Of a stretch of 64,000 nt of DNA, positions 9,048 to 17,903 are shown piece by piece (position 1 is the first letter of the stretch; every line of letters starts with the position of its first letter). Made by a program: the position numbers and the translations under genes. The notes beneath the pieces are model-generated. The model did no database searches. It had not been told where the DNA came from and worked only from the letters and a program-made list of their open reading frames with translations. Source of the stretch: Candidatus Bathyarchaeota archaeon (GTDB taxonomy: Archaea > Thermoproteota > Bathyarchaeia > 40CM-2-53-6); contig CAVSBL010000002.1 of assembly GCA_963726255.1 (NCBI GenBank), positions 1,760,001 through 1,824,000 on the forward strand, read 5' to 3'.

Positions 9048-10760
9048 ATGAATGACTTGATAGTGGACGTTCAGAATCTCTCTTTCAGTTATCCGGATGG
9101 TGCAAAGGCTCTCGTCAAGATCAACTTGAAGGTCGCCCGTGGAGAGATTGTTGCTGTTATGGGGGCTAATGGCGCAGGGAAGACGACCCTCTGCCATCAC
9201 CTTACAGGCGTAATTCCGAACATCTATGAAGGCACAACGGAAGGGAAAGCAGTAGTAGCCGACATGGATGTCTATGAACATCCCGTCTACGAATTAGCTC
9301 AGAAGATCAGTTTTGTGACACAGGACCCCGAGGGCCAACTCATCAACCCTGATGTCCTGATGGAAGTTGCGTTTGGGCCCGAGAACTTGGGCGTGCCGCG
9401 AGAAGAGATCATGAGGAGGGCGAAATGGGCCCTAGAAGCGGTCGGAATGCAAGGATTAGAATCGCGCTCACCCTCCGAACTATCAGGAGGGCAGAAACAG
9501 CGCCTCGTCCTCGCTGCGGGGCTAAGCATGCAACCGGAGTTGCTTGTTCTCGACGAACCAACGTCTCAACTCGACCCCATAGGGACGACGGAAGTATTCC
9601 ATGCCCTCGTCGACCTAAAGAAAAAGTACAATATGACTACGGTTCTGACAACGCACGCGTCCGAGGAGATGCTTGGATTCGCGGATCGAGTAATTGTTCT
9701 CAGCAAAGGCGAGATCGTGGGCGAAGGCACACCTGAGGAGGTCTTCTCTCAAGTCGAGCTTCTCGACAAAGTTGGGGTGCAGGTACCGCAGATCGCATCG
9801 CTCGGCCATGGAATAGCTCCTAGTCAGCCTGTTCCGATGACGATTAATGAAGGCAAGAAACTGATTGTGGACATGATCGAACGGAAAGCACTGCACCCAC
9901 GCGCCATGACGAAAGCCAGCACATTTCATGGAGGGGATGTTGTGCTGGAATGCCAAGATCTGACTTTCACGTACCCAGGATTTCCCCCCGTCACCGCTCT
10001 GAGAAATGTGAACCTCCAGATTCGAAAGGGGGAGATGATAGGAATCGTCGGACAGAACGGCTCAGGGAAGACGACCCTTGTCAAGCAATTTCTGAACCTA
10101 CTTAAACCAACCCGCGGGCGGGTCCTACTCAAAGGGAAAAATATTCAGGACTTCACGACCGGGGAACTCGCGAACTCCATGGGGCTTGTGCTTCAGAACC
10201 CGGATGAACAGTTATTCACCATCTCCTGCCAGAAGGAAGTTGAGTTTGGGCTGCAAAATCTGAAACTCCCTGCAGACGAGATTAAGCGTAGGACAGATGA
10301 GGCGTTGGGTTTCGTCGGCCTCGGTGAACAATGGGACACGTTTCCGTTCAGATTGAGTTTCGGTGATCGAAGGAGCCTGACAGTCGCAGCTGTCATTGCC
10401 ATGCGCCCAGAAGTCGTGATTATGGATGAACCCACGACTGCGCAGGATTATCGCGGAAGACATAGAATCGCGAAGTTGGCGAAGAAGTTAAACGAGGCTG
10501 GACATACGGTCATCATGATAACTCACGACATGAACTTGGTCACCCAATACGCCGACAGGACGGTGGTCATGTGTGAAGGCGAGGTTCTGCTGGATGCGCC
10601 CACCGCGAAAGCGTTCTCGGAGATTGATACGTTGAAGAAGGCGTTCATCAAGCCACCCCCTATCGCCCTGTTGGATAAGGAACTCGAATCTTACGGCGTA
10701 CCGCAGGGAATCTTGACTGTGGACTCGATGATCGAATCGTTGGGTATGGAGGGCGCATAG
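9048..10760 (+). CDS. ECF transporter ATPase, fused A-A' domains
   Basis: Two ABC cassettes: GANGAGKT/LSGGQ/LDEPT and GQNGSGKT/LSFGD/MDEPT. Confidence 0.95.
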   Translation: MNDLIVDVQNLSFSYPDGAKALVKINLKVARGEIVAVMGANGAGKTTLCHHLTGVIPNIYEGTTEGKAVVADMDVYEHPVYELAQKISFVTQDPEGQLINPDVLMEVAFGPENLGVPREEIMRRAKWALEAVGMQGLESRSPSELSGGQKQRLVLAAGLSMQPELLVLDEPTSQLDPIGTTEVFHALVDLKKKYNMTTVLTTHASEEMLGFADRVIVLSKGEIVGEGTPEEVFSQVELLDKVGVQVPQIASLGHGIAPSQPVPMTINEGKKLIVDMIERKALHPRAMTKASTFHGGDVVLECQDLTFTYPGFPPVTALRNVNLQIRKGEMIGIVGQNGSGKTTLVKQFLNLLKPTRGRVLLKGKNIQDFTTGELANSMGLVLQNPDEQLFTISCQKEVEFGLQNLKLPADEIKRRTDEALGFVGLGEQWDTFPFRLSFGDRRSLTVAAVIAMRPEVVIMDEPTTAQDYRGRHRIAKLAKKLNEAGHTVIMITHDMNLVTQYADRTVVMCEGEVLLDAPTAKAFSEIDTLKKAFIKPPPIALLDKELESYGVPQGILTVDSMIESLGMEGA

Positions 10761-10761
10761 G

Positions 10762-11589
10762 ATGGCGAGTATAGAGTATGTTCGAAAGGATACGCCGATT
10801 CATGGGTTGCAAGCGATCACGAAGATGCTGCTCGTATTGGCGAGCTTCGCCGTGAGCTTCTTCGCATTAGACTACCTTCTGCTTGGGCTGTGGATAGCCT
10901 TCCTAATTGGGTGGTGGGTTCTGGGCGGAATTGAAATTAGAAGGCTGGGCGTGATCTTGAAAGTGCTTCTTGGAACGTACTTGTTCTTCGTACTCCTGCA
11001 AGGATTCACGTACCGTTTCGGTAACACCGAATTGTTCCGGCTTGGTGTGCTTATGGTTGGTAGCCGCAATTATGCCGCCTACACGCTGGAAGGATTTCTG
11101 TTCGGGACCCTTGTCTTCATGCGAGTTCTAGCAGTGGTTTTCACTCTACCAATCCTAACTATGACGACCCCGATGACCAAAATCGCGGCGACCCTCGGCA
11201 AGCTGAAGGTCCCCTATCAGTTTACGATGATATTTGTCACGGGCATTCGTTTCGTGCCGCTGGTCTTTCAGACCTGGACCAACGTGATCCAGGCTCAGAA
11301 GTTGCGGGGGCGGGACATCGATAAGATGCCTATCTACAGAAAGGCGGCGGTATACACTAGCGTACTTACTCCGCTCCTTCTCTACCTCCTGAAACTCTCA
11401 CAGACCCTCCAGACCGCCCTGGAGTGTAGAGCGTTCGGTTCCCCTGCAGCCAGAACCTATGTTGAAGAGGCGAAGCTCAGAATCGGAGATTACGTTGCTA
11501 TTGCTACGATCATCGTGGTTGCTGCGGCACTTGTGATAATGAAAGCCACAGGTTATTCATCACTACCTTACATCATGCACGCAGCGTAG
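10762..11589 (+). CDS. ecfT: ECF transporter transmembrane (T) component
   Basis: RFVP...AQKLRG and ALECRAF conserved Arg motifs. Confidence 0.9.
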   Translation: MASIEYVRKDTPIHGLQAITKMLLVLASFAVSFFALDYLLLGLWIAFLIGWWVLGGIEIRRLGVILKVLLGTYLFFVLLQGFTYRFGNTELFRLGVLMVGSRNYAAYTLEGFLFGTLVFMRVLAVVFTLPILTMTTPMTKIAATLGKLKVPYQFTMIFVTGIRFVPLVFQTWTNVIQAQKLRGRDIDKMPIYRKAAVYTSVLTPLLLYLLKLSQTLQTALECRAFGSPAARTYVEEAKLRIGDYVAIATIIVVAAALVIMKATGYSSLPYIMHAA

Positions 11590-11628
11590 CGTAAGTCTCG
11601 TAATGGTTGTTTTGTTTGTGGAAGTGAG

Positions 11629-12978
11629 TTGGGTTTGAAGTCTACCGTGACCGTGAAGGAGAAGGAATCGGACGTGAAGAAGCGAAGCAGTTTTGCAGAA
11701 CTGGCAAGTCGACGCGAGAAACTACTTGCCCCGGTATTCGCGCAAGACTGGCCGAACCTCCCCGTGGTGAGGGCTGAGGGGATTTACTTGTATGGTCTCG
11801 ACGGGAAGAGGTACATGGATTTCATGGCGGGCTTCGGCGTTGTGAACGTGGGCCACAACCATCCACGGATCGTGGCCGCGGCGAAAGAGCAGATGGAGAA
11901 GATGGTCCACGGCCCAGTGGGCGTCGTGCTTCATGAACCTGTGCTTCGACTAGCGGAGATGTTGCCTGAGATTCTTCCCGGCGCTATGGACATGTTTTTC
12001 TTTGGGAACAGCGGCTCCGAGGCAGTTGAAGGAACCATCAAGCTCGCTCGCAACGTAACAAAGAGACCAGGGATAATCGCGTTCACGGGAGCATTCCATG
12101 GACGAACATACGGAGCCGCCACGCTCACAGCCTCCAAGGCGATCTACCGTACTGGACTCGAACCCTTCCTCCCCAGCGTATACCATACCCCATACGCAGA
12201 CCCATACCACTCCTCACATCCAGATGACCCGTCACAATGCGTCGACGAGGCGCTCGGCGCCTTGCAGACAGTGCTGAAGAGGATTATCGCTCCATCACAG
12301 GTTGCAGCCATAATTGTTGAACCGATTCAGGGAGAAGGCGGCTATATTATGCCGCCCAAAGAATTTCTGAAAGGCCTACGAGAAATCTGCACGACTAATG
12401 ATATTCTGCTCATATTCGATGAGGTGCAGACTGGTTTCGGCAGAACCGGCGAATGGTTCGCGGCGCAAGCGTTCGACGTAACGCCGGACGTTATGGCGAT
12501 TGCGAAGGGGATAGCCTCCGGTTTTCCGTTGGGTGTGGTATGCGTGCGAAGTGAGCTGATGAGCCGTTGGGGGCCCACGGTTCACGGCACAACCTTCGGC
12601 GGTAACCCAGTGTCATGTGCCGCAGCCATAGCCACAATAGAGACAATCCGAGACGAAAAGCTCTTACAAAATGCGAAAGACCAAGGCGCGTACCTCCTGA
12701 AGCGACTGAGAGAGCTGAAGACGAAGCATCCAGTGATTGGCGATGCTCGCGGATTAGGGTTGATGACGGCGATTGAGTTCATTGTTCCTGGCACAGACCG
12801 TGAGCCGAATGCTGCCGCAGCAAAGAAATTCCTCGCCGAGTCCCTAGAGAGAGGGATGCTAATGTACCCCTGTGGCTTGTACGGTCAAGTGGTCCGCGTC
12901 GCACCACCTCTTACAGTCACCCGCGAACAAATCGACGAAGCCATCAACATCGCAGATCAAAGTTTGGATGCTGTCTAG
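11629..12978 (+). CDS. Class III PLP aminotransferase (4-aminobutyrate/omega-amine type)
   Basis: NSGSEAVE, FHGRT, EPIQGEGG, DEVQTGFGRTG, AKGIASG and GTTFGGNP motifs. Confidence 0.92.
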   Translation: MGLKSTVTVKEKESDVKKRSSFAELASRREKLLAPVFAQDWPNLPVVRAEGIYLYGLDGKRYMDFMAGFGVVNVGHNHPRIVAAAKEQMEKMVHGPVGVVLHEPVLRLAEMLPEILPGAMDMFFFGNSGSEAVEGTIKLARNVTKRPGIIAFTGAFHGRTYGAATLTASKAIYRTGLEPFLPSVYHTPYADPYHSSHPDDPSQCVDEALGALQTVLKRIIAPSQVAAIIVEPIQGEGGYIMPPKEFLKGLREICTTNDILLIFDEVQTGFGRTGEWFAAQAFDVTPDVMAIAKGIASGFPLGVVCVRSELMSRWGPTVHGTTFGGNPVSCAAAIATIETIRDEKLLQNAKDQGAYLLKRLRELKTKHPVIGDARGLGLMTAIEFIVPGTDREPNAAAAKKFLAESLERGMLMYPCGLYGQVVRVAPPLTVTREQIDEAINIADQSLDAV

Positions 12979-13074
12979 TATACCGAAGCCACGTCTGTCC
13001 CGGCTTATGCGCGGCTTTGGCTTCGTGTGTGAGTGCACCAGCTGAAGGCGAAATAGTCAATTTATACTTGGTCT

Positions 13075-13503
13075 GTGTTGCGAACACTGGTGTCGCCTGT
13101 GTTTTCGGAGCCTGAGATTGAGTATATGAAGTCGCAGCGCCTGTGCAGGTTTGCCACGGTCTCCTCTGATGGCCAGCCTGATGTTGTGCCGGTAGCATTC
13201 GAGTTCGACGGCAAGTACTTCTACGTTGGAAGCCACAGCCAAGACATCTTCCTCAGAACACGCAAATACAAGAACGTCAAAAACGGCAGAACCTCGATCG
13301 CCCTAACCATCGACGACTTGAAGTCAGTTGAGCCATGGAGGCCTCGGGCAATCAGAGTATACGGAACCGCAGAAGTGGCGGATCACAAGGGAATGTTCGG
13401 CCCTGGCAAGTACCTACAAATCACCCCGAAGGTCTCTTGGAGCTTCGGCATCGAAGGCCTGAAACTTGAGGAAGGAGAATGGAGCCACAAAGCGCTTCAC
13501 TAA
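13075..13503 (+). CDS. PPOX-class (F420-dependent-like) split-barrel oxidoreductase
   Basis: RFATVSSDGQPDVVPV...KYKNV...IDDL...W.PRAIRVYGTA. Confidence 0.8.
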   Translation: MLRTLVSPVFSEPEIEYMKSQRLCRFATVSSDGQPDVVPVAFEFDGKYFYVGSHSQDIFLRTRKYKNVKNGRTSIALTIDDLKSVEPWRPRAIRVYGTAEVADHKGMFGPGKYLQITPKVSWSFGIEGLKLEEGEWSHKALH

Positions 13504-13523
13504 GTAAGAACGGTCGTAGCGAC

Positions 13524-13643
13524 CTAAGCGCTTTCTTTCTTACCTCTCAATCCCGTAGCAAGCAGAGCGATCCCCAATACCGCAAGAACGATTCCGGGTA
13601 TGATGTTTATCCAAAGAACTACCTCCGTCCCATCTGAAACCAT
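13524..13643 (-). CDS. Small single-TM protein (39 aa, not in ORF track)
   Basis: Manual translation MVSDGTEVVLWINIIPGIVLAVLGIALLATGLRGKKESA: TM helix plus basic tail. Confidence 0.5.
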   Translation of the reverse strand: MVSDGTEVVLWINIIPGIVLAVLGIALLATGLRGKKESA

Positions 13644-13697
13644 AAACGCTCTAGCCAGCAAACTTGCACAAGTATCTGGCGTTCCACAATAGGAGAA

Positions 13698-14375
13698 TCA
13701 AAGCACGAGTTTGTGAGCGTGAAGGTTCTTTCGCAGCTTCTCGACAGCGAGGTTGACATCGGCCCTAGTCTTGGCGCCTGTGCAGACGAATTTTCCGCTG
13801 GTGAAGAGTAAAAATACGACCTTCGGTTCCTCCATCCTGTAGATGAGGCCGGCAAACTGTTCCGGCTCATAAATCGTCTTGACCAATCGTTCAGCTACAT
13901 TCTCCAGATCAATCCGGTTACCGAGATCACCTGTCGCCACAATGTTCTCGATTCGAACGTCAGGCATTTTCAGGATAACTATTCCATCTGCTCTAAGCTC
14001 GGTGATTATTCGTGCAATAGCCCTCTCAGCGGACCTTGCAGATACAGCGCCGGTGCAGACCATCTTGCCGGAGGCAAACAGAAGTGTGCTCGTTTTTGGT
14101 CTTTTCAACTTGTAAAGGAGACCGGGAAATTGCTGGGGATTATATTTGGCTCCAGAAGTCACTTTGAGAATCGAATCCAAGTCGAGGTGTTGACCCAAAT
14201 TCGCTGTTGCCACAACGTTCTCGATCTTCGATTGCACACTCTTCAGCCCAACTGAGTCGCTCAAACCAGAAAGCCCAAGATCAATGGCAGATGACCCAGT
14301 CAACTGTCTGACAGGGATTGTCAAGATTGATCCTGCTTTAGCGTCCAGCTCGTACCCAGCTTGTTTTATGCTCAA
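13698..14375 (-). CDS. tbp: TATA-box-binding protein (probable paralog)
   Basis: Two TBP repeats: IENVVAT...YNPQQFPGL...LLFASGKMVCTGA and IENIVAT...YEPEQFAGL...LLFTSGKFVCTGAK. The true start may lie downstream of 14375. Confidence 0.92.
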   Translation of the reverse strand: MSIKQAGYELDAKAGSILTIPVRQLTGSSAIDLGLSGLSDSVGLKSVQSKIENVVATANLGQHLDLDSILKVTSGAKYNPQQFPGLLYKLKRPKTSTLLFASGKMVCTGAVSARSAERAIARIITELRADGIVILKMPDVRIENIVATGDLGNRIDLENVAERLVKTIYEPEQFAGLIYRMEEPKVVFLLFTSGKFVCTGAKTRADVNLAVEKLRKNLHAHKLVL

Positions 14376-14521
14376 TAGCTTCCGCTCGCTTCAGTCAGGT
14401 TAAGAGCCGATTGTATCTCAGGATCTTATTCGACGGTGACAGATGCTAAGGCTTACGAAGGGAACTGGCAATATTGAGGCTGAACACTTGAATGGGGACG
14501 TGGTGAAACTGGGGCAGTTGT

Positions 14522-14609
14522 TGTGGGTCTGGTGGTGCGGGCAACCAAATTTGAACCGCGGTTCTCAGTGTGTGTGGGTCTAATGGTGCGGGGAAACAGA
14601 ATTGAACCA
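14522..14609 (+). repeat. Two tandem 37-bp degenerate repeats (tRNA-3'-end-like on the minus strand)
   Basis: tgtgggtctggtggtgcgggcaaccaaatttgaaccg (14522-14558) and tgtgggtctaatggtgcggggaaacagaattgaacca (14573-14609). Confidence 0.8.
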
Positions 14610-14622
14610 GTCAGTTTTCGTG

Positions 14623-15375
14623 TTACAATTGACTCTTCTTCTTGATAGCCTCCAAGCTCACTGAGAGATCTTCAGCCACACGAAGAATGTGCTTCGATGT
14701 ATCCACAGGTGTCCCTTTGAAAGCTCGGGCCCGCAACGTGTTTTCCATTTGGCCTTCGATCTCTTCTGTTCTCAGTTCAAAGACTCCGTCGGCGCTTGTC
14801 ATCACCGATGTGTACAAGGCATCAGAATGCACTCCGCGGACAAATCCGTCAATTACAATTCTTCCCTTTGTAACAAACCTGGAAATCCATGTTCGATAGA
14901 ACTTGAGGAAGCTCTTTTCGTCAGAGGCCTCCACAACCTCGGAAACGTTGTCAAAAAGTCTAACGCTTCCCGGCGCCCACTGGTCGAGAGACTTACTCGA
15001 GATTAGGCTAATGTCCGCTATGTTGAGGGATGGGAAATGGTATCTCTCAGTCGATTGGCGGCCAGTTTTGAAGGTGAATGCGTCAGAAAGAACCAAACGC
15101 TCATCCGTCTCGAAAGGAGACGTGTCCAAACCATGCCTGCGAAAATTATCACGAATCTCTGATAATTGTTTTGAGGTTGATATGTAGAGAACCTCCGTTC
15201 CCTTTCGAAGCATTTCCGCCACCATATTCAAAATGAGCATCAACCATTGCGAGTCCGCGTCGAATATGAACACAAGAACTTGTCCAGCTTTCACAGGACG
15301 TTTCAGCAGTTGCCCAATGACGGGCAATTCAACTTGCACGGTACTCTCAGACTCGGCGGTCAAACAGGCGCTCAA
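14623..15375 (-). CDS. RAD55/KaiC-like RecA-fold protein with degenerate Walker A
   Basis: RecA-fold pattern (VLYIST, SADGVFELR, LRARAFKG), but the P-loop position reads FIFDADSQWL. Confidence 0.75.
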   Translation of the reverse strand: MSACLTAESESTVQVELPVIGQLLKRPVKAGQVLVFIFDADSQWLMLILNMVAEMLRKGTEVLYISTSKQLSEIRDNFRRHGLDTSPFETDERLVLSDAFTFKTGRQSTERYHFPSLNIADISLISSKSLDQWAPGSVRLFDNVSEVVEASDEKSFLKFYRTWISRFVTKGRIVIDGFVRGVHSDALYTSVMTSADGVFELRTEEIEGQMENTLRARAFKGTPVDTSKHILRVAEDLSVSLEAIKKKSQL

Positions 15376-15490
15376 CTGCCTCGTAGATTGGAAAATCCTC
15401 AGTAACAGTTAGAGATTTGGTGAGTGCATGTAACGTTTCCGGTGCATCCCTAGCGAACTATCATTCACAGGTCGTCTTTTATTTTGTGTG

Positions 15491-15562
15491 TGTGGGTATG
15501 TTGGTGCGAGCACCGTAATTTGAACTGTCATTTTTGTCTGTGCGCACCACCGACCCGCACAT
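15491..15562. repeat. Third 37-bp repeat copy plus an inverted partial copy
   Basis: tgtgggtatgttggtgcgagcaccgtaatttgaactg (15491-15527), then on the minus strand tgtgcgggtcggtggtgcgca (about 15541-15561). Confidence 0.75.
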
Positions 15563-15572
15563 GAAAAACGCG

Positions 15573-15653
15573 AAAAGTCATGCATTGAATGTTCTAGTCT
15601 CCGTTGACGCTAACGCCGCAGGCCTACCGCTCTCCCAGTCCCACGCCACATCG
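15573..15653 (-). pseudogene. Displaced duplicate 3' end of the beta-propeller gene at 17904-18833
   Basis: Ungapped match to 17899-17979, about 66/81 identical by manual count. Encodes DVAWDWESGRPAALASTETRTFNA-stop versus DVESDWKGARLAALASTETRTFNA-stop. Confidence 0.85.
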
Positions 15654-15824
15654 AATTCATCCCACTCCTCAACGATCTTTGCGGACTTGATACGAACTGG
15701 CAGTTCCTGTAGTAGCGGTGGAGGACAGGACTATTATCCCATTGCGCCGCAATGGCTATTCCGTAGACGAGGCGAATCTGCGGGTGTTAAGGAGCCTTGA
15801 TCATTCATTTGGGGAGGTGAAATC

Positions 15825-16064
15825 ACGTCTGCTGAGAAAGACCCCGTCAGAGATTTGTTGAAGCTTTATGCATACGGGTCGTTGGCAAATCTCTGGATAA
15901 GTCTAGCAACGATGGAGCCGCTGCCTGAGGACGAAGCGAAGGCACTTCTCCGAGTCCAAGATGCGGTCGTCAAAGAGTTCGAGAAGACCCTCACTCGTTA
16001 CTTAGATTTCCCATCGATGAAGGCGTTTGGGGAGTATGTAACCAGGTACAAAGCCCGGATTTGA
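15825..16064 (+). CDS. Small hypothetical protein
   Basis: GGAGGTGA RBS at about 15813-15820 followed by an in-frame ACG at 15825; first TTG at 15855. Helical, protein-like composition. Confidence 0.55.
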   Translation, partial: TSAEKDPVRDLLKLYAYGSLANLWISLATMEPLPEDEAKALLRVQDAVVKEFEKTLTRYLDFPSMKAFGEYVTRYKARI

Positions 16065-16274
16065 CAATCCGTTCAACTGTCAAACATCACGCAAGAGGGC
16101 GCCATGATGACCGGCCTCATTTCGTCTTTTTTCTGACTCTGTCTAACGATCCTGCCTCCATCCTCGACCGTGTGCGCGCGCAGTGTTCTTTGGTTTCCCC
16201 GTTGGTGGGCGGAATGCTTCTTAGAAGCTCATGCTGAATATTTGCTCACGGACCTTATGTGGGCAATAATGAGC

Positions 16275-17717
16275 CTAGTAGAGTTTGTCCTTGTCCAGCA
16301 TTAGCTCCGTCTCTACGTACCTTCGGCCGTACATCTTCTTCACTATTAGGAATCGGCGAGCTCTTTCCCTTAACTCCCTTTCGTAGATTTCGATTATTCC
16401 ATCGAACAGATCCATGATTGTTTGTGTATCCTGTTTGGATGATATCATTGGGTTGAGGACTCCGAGAATCGTGAAACCTTCCGCTTTCCGTTTGCCGATA
16501 AAGTCATCCAACCATTTTCGGGTCATCAGGGCTTTGTGCTCAAGCAATACGTCTGAGAGGAGGTCTATGATGATTAATCTGCTCGGACTGGTTTTTGGCA
16601 ACGTCTCCACGGCTTTTGCGAAGGAGATGTTCACATCGCTCAGATTCTGAACGCTTTGTATCTTGAAGACGTTTGCACTCGGAGGGGTGATTTTGTCCGC
16701 CTGCGGGCTGAACACGTAAAAATTCTTCTCATATCGACTTGCATAGTCCTGTGTTTTGCCCAAGTCACGAGACATGAAGAACACCGAACTTCCCATCGAA
16801 AGGCCAGACTCGATGATCTTCCTGAACAGCAAATCCCTTTCATCGCAGGGTGGAGAAACGATTAGAATTGCGAAGCCGACCGGTAAGCCTCCGGCTAATA
16901 GGGCATCTAGTTCGGCATAGCCTGTGGAAATATTCTGTGCCGCTGGCATTAACTTCAGATGAGGGCCTTCAGGCTTCACTTCTTTTACAGTCTCCTCTTT
17001 CAGGACCGCCTTCAGTCCCGTTTGTGACTTTCCCCGCCTCATGAACAGCATAACCGAAGCTATCAGACCTACTGCAACAATCACTCCGATTATGCCGAAC
17101 GTTCCGAAAGGTAGATTGTTCGACGTGACCGTTGTGCCTTGGCTTTGAGTCAGTTGAGCGCTTTGAGTGAGCTGGGTGCTTTGAGTGGGTTGAGTGTTCT
17201 GAGTGAGTTGAGTTGATGTTACGATTACGCGCGAAGAGGCTCCGGTCGTGACTAGAATTACCGAAGCTGGGAAGGCCAATTCAACCTTCGCAAAACCACC
17301 CGTGAGGTGACCGGGCTTGCTGGTTAGTACGAAAACGAAATAATAAGTGCCATTTGCCGGCAGGGTGAGGGAGCGGTAAGAATTGTCGTGGCCGACCGAG
17401 TTCAATTCGCTGAAGAGGGGCCTTGAACTTGGTGGGAGACTGCAGTTTGGGTTTTGGATGGTACTATAATCTTGTTGGGACAGAATGTAAAAATTGACTG
17501 CTGCATCCGACCCGAAAGTTCCTACGATCTGCCTCCCCGCTTGTGCTGAGAAGGCCAGCGAAATTTCGGAACACTGGCCTGAGGGGGGTTCAGTAATGGT
17601 CGTCGTGGTCGTTATAGTGGCTGATTGACTGTTCGCATTCTGCAAAGACAATAACGAGACGAAAAGCGCTGCAAGCAGAAGATACGAAAACAGACTCTTG
17701 GACTTCATGTTGACCAC
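16275..17717 (-). CDS. Signal peptide + extracellular domain + T/Q linker + TM + cytoplasmic inactive KaiC/RAD55-like domain
   Basis: N-terminal hydrophobic leader, TQSTQL repeats and TM (FGIIGVIVAVGLIASVMLF-RR). Then ISTGYAELDALLAGGLP, a degenerate P-loop SPPCDERD, and FDGIIEI...LIVKKMYG. Confidence 0.85.
   Translation of the reverse strand: MVNMKSKSLFSYLLLAALFVSLLSLQNANSQSATITTTTTITEPPSGQCSEISLAFSAQAGRQIVGTFGSDAAVNFYILSQQDYSTIQNPNCSLPPSSRPLFSELNSVGHDNSYRSLTLPANGTYYFVFVLTSKPGHLTGGFAKVELAFPASVILVTTGASSRVIVTSTQLTQNTQPTQSTQLTQSAQLTQSQGTTVTSNNLPFGTFGIIGVIVAVGLIASVMLFMRRGKSQTGLKAVLKEETVKEVKPEGPHLKLMPAAQNISTGYAELDALLAGGLPVGFAILIVSPPCDERDLLFRKIIESGLSMGSSVFFMSRDLGKTQDYASRYEKNFYVFSPQADKITPPSANVFKIQSVQNLSDVNISFAKAVETLPKTSPSRLIIIDLLSDVLLEHKALMTRKWLDDFIGKRKAEGFTILGVLNPMISSKQDTQTIMDLFDGIIEIYERELRERARRFLIVKKMYGRRYVETELMLDKDKLY
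17140..17216 (-). repeat. Intragenic degenerate tandem repeat encoding a TQ-rich linker
   Basis: Repeated tgagt units encoding STQLTQNTQPTQSTQLTQSAQLTQSQ. Confidence 0.7.
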
Positions 17718-17903
17718 CTTGATGCGCTAGCTGAAACATCGGAGGAATTCACTATCTCCAATACGACGCTAATGTGTCTTTCGAACGCCCCAAAGGCTCA
17801 GTAGATCAACAATTTGTCAGTACTCGTCCCTACTATCACTCAATTAAGAACGAAATCAAAGAGAGTACGCTCGACGCCGATGGTTGAAGACGTGAATCAA
17901 AAG

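Noticed and set aside
14522-14609. CRISPR array
   Set aside because: Only two adjacent degenerate copies separated by 14 bp, with variation in the middle of the repeat and no cas genes.
14480-14620. Intact tRNA gene
   Set aside because: Only T-loop/acceptor-3'-like ends are present; T-stem pairing, D arm and anticodon arm cannot be built.
16168-16190. Further copy of the 37-bp repeat (GTGTGCGCGCGCAGTG)
   Set aside because: Matches only part of one arm and lacks both GACCCAC and TTGAAC.
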